Positions 57,127 to 64,000 of a DNA stretch of 64,000 nt are shown here, piece after piece. Under the pieces are notes generated by a model. It searched no databases. It had not been told where the DNA came from and saw nothing but the letters and a program-made list of their open reading frames with translations. The stretch comes from Chloroflexota bacterium (GTDB taxonomy: Bacteria; Chloroflexota; UBA6077; SHYK01): contig SHYK01000007.1 in assembly GCA_009692845.1 (NCBI GenBank), forward strand, positions 6,631 through 70,630. Reading direction: 5' to 3'. A program made the translations under genes and the position numbers. Within the stretch, counting starts at the first letter, position 1. Each line of letters opens with the position of its first letter.

Positions 57127-57929
57127 TTGATCGTCGCCGTTGCTACACAGAAGGGCGGCAGCGCCAAGACGACGACCGTGGTGAACTTTGGCGCTGCGCT
57201 GGCGGAGCGAGGCGAGCGCACTCTAATCATTGACCTCGACGCTCAGTCTCACGCCACGCTCTGGCTCCTGGGTTCGACCGCCCGCCAGGTTGGTCCATTT
57301 GTCCACGACTGGCTGGATGATCGAGTCGAACCGGACGCGGCGGTGCGACCGACCCGGTGGTGCGACCGACCCGGTGGTGGCACCTCGATGTGCTCCCAGC
57401 AAATCTCAGCCTAAACGAGCTCCGGGACCGACTTCATGCAGCCGTCCGGCCAGCGGATGCGAGCGTGCTCAAGAGCCATCTCATCAAGCTCGCTCCCTCC
57501 TACGACTGGATATTGCTCGACTGCCCAGCTGGGCTAGATTCCCTCACTATCAACGCGCTCGTGGCAAGCGATGGTCTGGTAATTCCTGTGGCGCCCCCTG
57601 ACGTTTTGGCAGCCGACGGAACCTTTCATATGCTCACCACGGTGGATCGGATCCGGGCGGGCGCGAACCCGAGACTGAGAATGCTCGGAGTGCTCCTGGC
57701 CAACACCCACCTGGATCGCGCGAGCGAGCGACGGCAAATCGCGGAGCTCGCCCGCTCGGGGCTGCCGCTCCTGACCACGGTCATTCCGTCCAGCGCTAGA
57801 GTCGGAGCAGCGCTCGCAGCCTTCTGCCCAATTGTCGTGCACGCGCCCAAAAGCACCGTGGCTGCGGCCTTCCGCGAGCTCGCCGCCGAGATCCGTGCTC
57901 TCGCTAATCTGGGGAGCGTCTACATCTAG
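57127..57929 (+). pseudogene. ParA/Soj-family ATPase interrupted by a 17-bp tandem duplication
   Basis: IVAVATQKGGSAKTTTVVNFGAALA...LIIDLDAQ is the deviant Walker A. It continues in ORF 57357..57929 (DWILLDCPAGL...VIPSSARV). Removing one 17-nt copy restores one frame: ...EPDAAVRPTRWWHLDVLPANL. Confidence 0.8.
57342..57375. repeat. Perfect 17-bp tandem duplication inside parA
   Basis: ggtgcgaccgacccggt occurs twice, at 57342-57358 and 57359-57375, followed by a partial ggtg. Confidence 0.9.
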
Positions 57930-57973
57930 AACGTCACCAGCCCGCGACCAGGGCTTGGCCGCCTTGGCTCAGG

Positions 57974-58693
57974 CTACTTGGGGCGCCGCATGACCAGGGA
58001 CTGGAAATACAGCTCGTTGCGGCTCTCCGGCAGCAAGACCCGGCAGAAGCGCACCAGCTCGAAGACTTCGCCCGCCGCCTGCATGATCTCGTCGTCGGTG
58101 AAAAACGAGAAGAAGCGCTTCGGGTCATAGCGGTCCATCGGATCGACCGCCTCGGAGCTCATCCCCCCGTACTGGCCGAGATAGAAGAGGCCGCCCGGTT
58201 CGACCACTCCGCGGATCGCATTGAGAGCTGCGGAAAGGCTTGCCCTCGGGACGTGCAACAGGCAGTTCATAGCGAATGCGGCGTGAAACTGCTGTCCCCC
58301 AAAGTCGAGGTCCATGAAATCCATCACATGGGCGATGAGCCGCTTGCCCTGGCACAGGCGCACCATCTCGGGGGATGCGTCAGTGCAAACGACCTCCAGA
58401 CCTTCATCCTGGAAGAACCGGGCATGCACACCCGTACCGGCCCCAACATCGAGCAGCAACCGTCGCCGCTCGTGCTTCATGACGGCGAGGAAGCGCAAGC
58501 GCTCTTCGAGCTTCCACTGCGGGATCGGGCTGAGATCGCGTTCGGCGGCCATTCGGTCGTAGGCCAGCCGGTGGTTGACCGCAATCTCCAGGTAGTTTGC
58601 CTTCGGCCCATGCCCGTTCAGTCCAGTCACCGAAGACTTCCTCCGCCGTTTGCAAATTTGCATGAGCCAATTTGATCGAAACGATTGTGCCAC
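57974..58693 (-). CDS. Class I SAM-dependent methyltransferase
   Basis: LLLDVGAGTGVHARFFQDEGLEVVCTDASPEMV is motif I. The start is uncertain. Confidence 0.8.
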   Translation of the reverse strand: MAQSFRSNWLMQICKRRRKSSVTGLNGHGPKANYLEIAVNHRLAYDRMAAERDLSPIPQWKLEERLRFLAVMKHERRRLLLDVGAGTGVHARFFQDEGLEVVCTDASPEMVRLCQGKRLIAHVMDFMDLDFGGQQFHAAFAMNCLLHVPRASLSAALNAIRGVVEPGGLFYLGQYGGMSSEAVDPMDRYDPKRFFSFFTDDEIMQAAGEVFELVRFCRVLLPESRNELYFQSLVMRRPK

Positions 58694-58949
58694 GATCCGA
58701 GCTCAGGCGGATCTGTTGACCACCGCCCAACATGTGGGCTGGCCACCGCCATTGCTCGGATGCCGATCCGCCAATAGAATCAGGCGCTCGTCCGATGGGC
58801 GTTTGAGCGCGCCGCCCTCGGTGAGTGAACAGGAAAGTGAAAGCGAGCCGGGTAGAGGTGCCTATGAGCTGACCGGGCGCGGCCGAAGGGTTTGACAGAA
58901 TCGTTTCACCACGGCGTAAGAGATCAGAATCTGAAGGAGCGCGAAGCCA

Positions 58950-59927
58950 ATGATCATTGATGCGCACGCCCACACGAATGGGGGGAACCTCGGGAACTAC
59001 AAAGCAGGACTGCTTTCCGCCCGAGCCCTCGGCCAGGGCAACTTTCACCAGGACGAAGAGACGCTCAAGAAAGCAGTCGACAACCACGTCAAAACCATCA
59101 TGGATGACGTTGGAACCGACATTCAGTTCATCTCTCCCCGACCCTTCCAGTTGATGCACTCAGAAACCCCGACCAAGCTTGTTCATTACTACTGCGAGGC
59201 CTCGAACGACGTGGACGCCATGACCGTCAAGATGGCGCCGACTCGTTACCGAGCGGTTGCGGCGATCCCCCAGGTTCCCACCGAGCCGGTTTCCACCTGG
59301 ATCCCGGAGCTCGAGCGCTGCGTCAACGACCTCGGCATGATCGGCCTCTTGATCAACCCGGACCCATACGAAGGGAAGGCCACCTTCCCAGGCATGGGCG
59401 ACGAGATCTGGTTCCCGCTTTACGAGAAGATGTGCCAGTTGGACGTGCCCGCGCTGATCCACTCCGCAACCACGGTCAACCCCTGGGACTACTACCAGAA
59501 CTACTTCATCACCACCGAAACCTCCTGCATTCTTCAGATGATCGAGAAGCGCGTCTTCAACACCTTCCCCAACCTGAAGATCATCGTCTCCCACGGTGGC
59601 GGCTCGATCCCCTACCAGATCGGTCGCTGGCGGTCGAACTTCGGCCGCATGATGGGCCTGGACTTCGATGAAGAGCTGCACAAGTTCTACTTCGACACCG
59701 GCCTATACAACGTCGAGTCGCTGGAGCTCCTCTTCAAGATCGTTGGCACCGATCGCTGCATGTTCGGCACCGAGAACCCTGGCACCGGCACCTACCGCTG
59801 GCCGCGCACCGGCCTGATGCTCGACGACACGAAGCCAGTCATCGAAAGCATCGAATGGCTGTCCGACCAGGACAAGAAGAACATCTTCGAGGACACTGCG
59901 AAGAAGGCCTTCTCCCGCTTCAAGTAA
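58950..59927 (+). CDS. Amidohydrolase-2 family protein (ACMSD/LigW-like decarboxylase/hydrolase)
   Basis: MIIDAHAHT...IHSAT...IIVSHGGGSIPYQIGRW...FGTENPG. Confidence 0.75.
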   Translation: MIIDAHAHTNGGNLGNYKAGLLSARALGQGNFHQDEETLKKAVDNHVKTIMDDVGTDIQFISPRPFQLMHSETPTKLVHYYCEASNDVDAMTVKMAPTRYRAVAAIPQVPTEPVSTWIPELERCVNDLGMIGLLINPDPYEGKATFPGMGDEIWFPLYEKMCQLDVPALIHSATTVNPWDYYQNYFITTETSCILQMIEKRVFNTFPNLKIIVSHGGGSIPYQIGRWRSNFGRMMGLDFDEELHKFYFDTGLYNVESLELLFKIVGTDRCMFGTENPGTGTYRWPRTGLMLDDTKPVIESIEWLSDQDKKNIFEDTAKKAFSRFK

Positions 59928-59944
59928 GCCTCGACACACCAACT

Positions 59945-59985
59945 AAAGAGGGTGGGCCCGGAGCTTGTCCGGGCCCACCCTCTTT
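59945..59985 (+). terminator. Rho-independent terminator after the amidohydrolase gene
   Basis: aaagagggtgggcccgg-agcttgt-ccgggcccaccctcttt is a perfect 17-bp stem, followed by cattg. Confidence 0.75.
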
Positions 59986-60170
59986 CATTGCAATAGGCAA
60001 ATCGCTCGTGCTGAGGCCGCGGAAGACGCTAAGCCATAAATACCCCAATTGAGTGATGCTGGTTCACCCGATTGGGTGATCCGCTAGTCGGGTGGCCTCT
60101 CGTAGGATTTGTCCACCAGGTGAAGGGATGCTCTGGACGGTCAAAAACTGACCCATATCGGAGTTGATCT

Positions 60171-61286
60171 ATGGTAGCCATCTGGCCCCTTCTCGCCGCT
60201 TACGTCGCGACTCCACCGATTGACTCCGAAGCCGCCACCAGCATGGTCTGGGGTTGGGGCGCCAACGCCAATGGGCGGCTTGGAGATGGCGGCACTCTCG
60301 ACCGCACCTCGGCCGCTCCAGTTCTGAATCTTCCCCACGCCGTCGCGGTTTCGGCTGGTTTTCAGCATAGCCTGGGCCTGACTTTCGATGGTCGCGTCTG
60401 GTCCTGGGGCAACAACTCCATGGGTCGACTTGGGACAGGCGTACATTCCTATCACTGCACGCCTTTGGAGCTCACCTCCATTGACGGCGTCACGGCCATA
60501 GCCGCCGGTTCCGCGCACAGCCTGGTTCTGCGCGAGGATGGCACCGTCTGGGGGTGGGGAAGCAATTCGTTGGGTCAGATGGGGACTGGTAACCGCGAAT
60601 ATCGTCGGGAACCGGTCCGCGTTCCTCATTTGTCCGAGATTCAGGCGATCGCCGCCGGGTCTGACTTCAACCTTGCCCTGCGGTCCGATGGATCAGTGTG
60701 GGGCTGGGGCAGCAATTCCCACGGTCAGCTCGGGGATGGGACCAGAGTCACTCGAACCGCCCCCACCCAGGTCTTGCGACTCCCTCGGGCCAGGCTGATA
60801 AGCGCGGGGACGCACCACTCACTGGCCTTAACCGTGGAAGGTGAGCTGCTGGCCTGGGGTAGGAATGACGCGGGGCAAGTGGGAGACAGCACTCTAGCTG
60901 ACCGTGGCTGCCCTAAAGACTTGCTCGGTGACTTCATAGCCATCGGCGCCGGCGGGAGCCACAGTGTGGCACTGGGCTCCAACGGCGAGGTCTTCGCCTG
61001 GGGCGCCAACTGCACCGGCCAGCTCGGAGACGGCACGTTCACTAGCCGCCCGTTCCCCCGACCTGTGTCTGGCCTAGAGGGGATCGTGGGTCTGGCCGCC
61101 GGAGCGGCGCACAATCTGGCCCGCCGATGGTCGGGGACCGTGTGGGCGTGGGGGAACAACACGACTGGGCAGCTCGGAGATGGAACCACCAAAATGAGAC
61201 CAGCTCCGGTTCCGGTGCTCGGCTGCGTCGCCGTTCGCCACTTCTCTGCGGGCTTTCACCACAATCTCGTGATCACCAGTTCCTGA
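60171..61286 (+). CDS. RCC1/BLIP-II repeat protein
   Basis: About seven repeats of WGWG.N..GQLGDG....R..P. Confidence 0.85.
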   Translation: MVAIWPLLAAYVATPPIDSEAATSMVWGWGANANGRLGDGGTLDRTSAAPVLNLPHAVAVSAGFQHSLGLTFDGRVWSWGNNSMGRLGTGVHSYHCTPLELTSIDGVTAIAAGSAHSLVLREDGTVWGWGSNSLGQMGTGNREYRREPVRVPHLSEIQAIAAGSDFNLALRSDGSVWGWGSNSHGQLGDGTRVTRTAPTQVLRLPRARLISAGTHHSLALTVEGELLAWGRNDAGQVGDSTLADRGCPKDLLGDFIAIGAGGSHSVALGSNGEVFAWGANCTGQLGDGTFTSRPFPRPVSGLEGIVGLAAGAAHNLARRWSGTVWAWGNNTTGQLGDGTTKMRPAPVPVLGCVAVRHFSAGFHHNLVITSS

Positions 61287-61443
61287 GGCCGCCCCCCGGT
61301 AGTGAGGCTTTGCCCGGCCTGTGTGCCGTATGCATTGAGGCCAGCCCAGAACCCCGAATCGGCTCCTCTATACTCAGCCACGAGATGGCGCCCCAGTGCT
61401 CGGCCTAGAATGACGGCGAGCAGATCTGCTGGCGCCTCAACCG

Positions 61444-61515
61444 GGGCCGGTGGCGCAATGGCAGCGCAGTGGACTTTTAATCCATTGGTTGAGGGTTCGA
61501 ATCCCTCTCGGCCCA
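61444..61515 (+). tRNA. tRNA-Lys (anticodon TTT), CCA not encoded
   Basis: Hand-folded cloverleaf with acceptor GGGCCGG/TCGGCCC (one G-U pair) and D arm GCGC-AATGGCA-GCGC. The anticodon arm is GTGGA-CTTTTAA-TCCAT and the T arm is GAGGG-TTCGAAT-CCCTC. Confidence 0.85.
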
Positions 61516-61613
61516 CCCCATTCTAGGCACGAAATCATCCGTCGGCCGGCGTCGCCCGAACGAATGTTAACGAGCGACATGCTCAGCGGAAGTAAACGGC
61601 CTGGAATAGGATT

Positions 61614-62654
61614 TTGGCCTCAACGCGAATGACATCAGCCTTTGACCCGTTTCGGCTGGCCGGCCACCCAGTCCTGGTAACCGTGGTCTTCGATACCTAC
61701 TGGCGGTTCGCGGCAGATCGTCAGGCACTATTCATGGGGCGGATTTCTGGCACACCGCCTCCCTGGACTGAGGATCCGATCCTGATTGCGCACCGATTCA
61801 CCAACGTCTATCGCGCTTCTGATCGGGTGAGCCAATACCTCATTCGAAACGTCCTCTACCAGGGCGTCCAAACGGGTGAGGAAATCTTCTTCCGAACCCT
61901 GCTCTTCAGGCTTTTCAATCGCATCGAGACCTGGGATGCCCTGACCGAGCAACTCGGGACGCTCACATGGGCCGCCTTCGATTTTGAGCGCTATGCCAAT
62001 GTCCTCGACACCCTGATGGAGAGCGGCGAGCCGATCTACTCCACCGCCTACATCGTTCCACCACCCCACCTCGGCGAGACCCGCAAGCATCGGAATCACC
62101 TGCGACTGGTCGAGCACATGATGAAGGACGATGCGCCCCAACGCATTGAGCGGGCTCCAACCCTGTCCGAAGTCTTCGAAGTCTTGCTCTCGTACCCGTC
62201 ATTCGGGAGCTTTCTTTCGTATCAGCTCGCCATCGATCTCAACTACAGCGCGATGATCGATTTCTCCGAAATGGATTTCGTCGCGGCCGGGCCTGGGGCC
62301 CGGGATGGGCTACGAAAGTGCTTCATCGAGACCGGCGGCCTGAGCGACGATCAGATCATCCGGGCCATGGCCGAGATCGCTCCCCGCGAATTCGAGCGGC
62401 GCGGCCTGCCTTTTCAAACCCTCTGGGGACGGCCTCTTCAGCTCATCGACTGCCAAAATCTATTCTGCGAAATCGGTAAATACGCGCGTCTCGCCCACCC
62501 TGAAATCGCAGGGCTTTCAAAGCGCCTACGGATCAAGCAGCGATTCGTCCCAAGATCCGGAGGGTTGCCGCAGTGGTATCCCCCGAAGTGGGGTATTGAG
62601 ATACCGCAGAACCTAGCTGGAACGCTCCAGCCCGCTCTGCGGGCGGTGGGCTAG
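61614..62654 (+). CDS. Homologue of phage DNA thymidine-hypermodification enzymes (5-hmdU DNA kinase helical domain / aGPT-pyrophosphorylase-like)
   Basis: YWRFAADRQALFMGRISGTPPPWTEDPILIAHRFTNVYRASDRVSQYLI...LFRLFNRIETW matches my recollection of the 'nucleotide kinase domain / putative DNA base hypermodification' family. This needs an HMM check. Confidence 0.4.
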   Translation: MASTRMTSAFDPFRLAGHPVLVTVVFDTYWRFAADRQALFMGRISGTPPPWTEDPILIAHRFTNVYRASDRVSQYLIRNVLYQGVQTGEEIFFRTLLFRLFNRIETWDALTEQLGTLTWAAFDFERYANVLDTLMESGEPIYSTAYIVPPPHLGETRKHRNHLRLVEHMMKDDAPQRIERAPTLSEVFEVLLSYPSFGSFLSYQLAIDLNYSAMIDFSEMDFVAAGPGARDGLRKCFIETGGLSDDQIIRAMAEIAPREFERRGLPFQTLWGRPLQLIDCQNLFCEIGKYARLAHPEIAGLSKRLRIKQRFVPRSGGLPQWYPPKWGIEIPQNLAGTLQPALRAVG

Positions 62655-63058
62655 GGTAAGTCCAGGTAAAGCTCGCCGCCTTCGGCTTTGACCATGGCCC
62701 GGATGCCCGCCATCGCAGGGTTCACCGGCGGGCGAGGTGGCTCGGGAGCAGCCTGAACCAGCTCCGCGACGGCCACGCCGGCTCCGACACCCGCACCGAC
62801 GGCCACTGGTGCCGCTGCGACCGCGGCGGCCTGCAACGCCAGGCTCACCGGCGGACTGATCATTTCGCCGGTCACCAGGCTGAACCTTGCCGCGTGCATC
62901 GGGCAGCTGACGACATCACCATCAATCTCGCCCCGCGAGAGCGGACCATTCATGTGGCCACATCGATCTTCAATCGCGTACACGTGCCCATTCACGCGGG
63001 TGACGCAGATGTCGAGCGTTTCGTTGAGGGTCACCCGGATTGGCACGTTTTCTTCCAA
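62651..63058 (-). CDS. Rieske [2Fe-2S] domain protein (NirD / small ferredoxin type)
   Basis: AIEDRCGHMNGPLSRGEIDGDVVSCPMHAARFSL is the CxH...CxxH motif. Confidence 0.8.
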   Translation of the reverse strand: MEENVPIRVTLNETLDICVTRVNGHVYAIEDRCGHMNGPLSRGEIDGDVVSCPMHAARFSLVTGEMISPPVSLALQAAAVAAAPVAVGAGVGAGVAVAELVQAAPEPPRPPVNPAMAGIRAMVKAEGGELYLDLP

Positions 63059-63257
63059 TTCATGTTCCGCACAGAGTCATTCGCGCATGCTTGTTCTTTC
63101 TCCACCCATTAGGATTCAGGATCAATCATAGGGGGCCAAAGCCCCTACTCACAACGAGATCGCGATTTTCACGGATGCCCAAGTGTGAATTCTTTCATTG
63201 GCGAAGGTCTTCTCCATCTGCGTAAGATGATGAGAAGCACCCGCTTGCACGCAGGCG

Positions 63258-64000
63258 ATGAGCTTACGAGGTGGCGCGATCCGCAAGGTGATCTCCGTGG
63301 CAATTAGCTCACTCCTCATTTTCGCGAGCCTGGCCTCGGCCGCCTCCGCCGTCGCAGCGGCTACTTCCGGAACCGTGTGGTCCTGGGGCTACAACGTCAA
63401 CGGACGCCTGGGGGACGGCACGGCGGTCAATCGGTCAGCGCCTATCCAGGCGGCGGCCCTGACCGGAGCTATCGCCGTCTCGGCCGGCTTCCAGCACAGT
63501 CTGGGTCTCAAAAGCGATGGCACGGTGTGGGCCTGGGGAAACAATGGCTCTGGCCGGCTCGGAGATGGCGCGCTGACGTCCCGATGGTCCCCGACCAAGC
63601 TGGCCGGGATCGCGAATACCATTGCTATTTCGGCGGGTAACTCCCACAGCTTGGCGGTAAAGAGCGACGGTACGGTCTGGGCATGGGGCGCTAACGGCTT
63701 TGGGCAGCTCGGCGACGGCTCCAGTATTCGAGAGCTCAGTCCGAAGCAAGTCCCCGGCCTGAGCGGCATCATCGCGGTCGCGGCCGGTTCGGACCACAGC
63801 CTCGTCCTGAAAAGTGATGGCACCGTCTGGGCCTGGGGCCTCAACAGCTCTGGACAGCTCGGAGACGGCACCACGATCCGCCGCTCATCACCCCAGCAGA
63901 TCGGTGCGCTGTCCGGTGTGATTGGCATCGCGGCCGGCGAGCACCACAGTCTGGCCTTGATCAGCGATGGCACCGTGTCCACCTGGGGCCTCAACAGCTC
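63258..64000 (+). CDS. Secreted RCC1/BLIP-II repeat protein; its 3' end runs off the window
   Basis: I translated from ATG 63258: MSLRGGAIRKVISVAISSLLIFASLASAASAVAAATSGTVWSWGYNVNGRLGDG..., followed by repeated DGTVWAWG.N..GQLGDG units. It is open to the window end, and the track lists only antisense and shadow ORFs here. Confidence 0.85.
   Translation, partial: MSLRGGAIRKVISVAISSLLIFASLASAASAVAAATSGTVWSWGYNVNGRLGDGTAVNRSAPIQAAALTGAIAVSAGFQHSLGLKSDGTVWAWGNNGSGRLGDGALTSRWSPTKLAGIANTIAISAGNSHSLAVKSDGTVWAWGANGFGQLGDGSSIRELSPKQVPGLSGIIAVAAGSDHSLVLKSDGTVWAWGLNSSGQLGDGTTIRRSSPQQIGALSGVIGIAAGEHHSLALISDGTVSTWGLNS

Overview
This is a high-GC bacterial chromosomal window. RNase Y, two Lon paralogues, a PAC2 protein and RCC1-repeat proteins fit a Chloroflexota/Thermomicrobia-like organism, but that is only a guess. 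All calls rest on reading the translations and recalling family motifs; no searches were run. Ordinary content: a partial siderophore-interacting reductase, an aldo/keto reductase, a LigB-like protein, lon, MarR, a carbamoyltransferase-like gene, tam, a second lon and MFS transporters. Also ordinary: PAC2, GH18, galK, a cell-envelope glycan cluster (TagA/WecG, two epimerases, a TIM-barrel isomerase, CapD-like, WecA-like; 35032-40813), rny, a purH / purH-like / purN-purF-purL-purQ block, lepB, an arginase-family gene, a metal-homeostasis group (ArsR-CDF, ZIP, HMA), a methyltransferase, an amidohydrolase, two secreted RCC1-repeat proteins, tRNA-Asp(GTC) and tRNA-Lys(TTT). The stand-out locus is 18.6-26.9 kb, an apparent combined selenoneine/ergothioneine locus. 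It reads senA(EgtB-like)-senB(glycosyltransferase) with a 2-nt gap, a LysR regulator, a divergent permease, a second EgtB, selD and a divergent egtD. Two genes there carry in-frame TGA codons that the ORF track split or truncated. In selD the TGA aligns with the catalytic Cys/Sec position. In the UPF0718/ArsP-type permease the TGA replaces the first Cys of the conserved C-S-C membrane motif. Each TGA is followed by a GC-rich hairpin about 10 nt downstream, which is SECIS-like. The permease would be a candidate new selenoprotein transporter wired into a selenium natural-product locus. The window is also rich in broken genes: frameshifted ribE, DinB and the arginase N-terminus; ParA split by a perfect 17-bp tandem duplication; a decayed ExeA/TniB-like ATPase next to tRNA-Asp; and truncated Rieske-oxygenase and MetE fragments. 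It also carries two families of GC-rich REP-like intergenic repeats.
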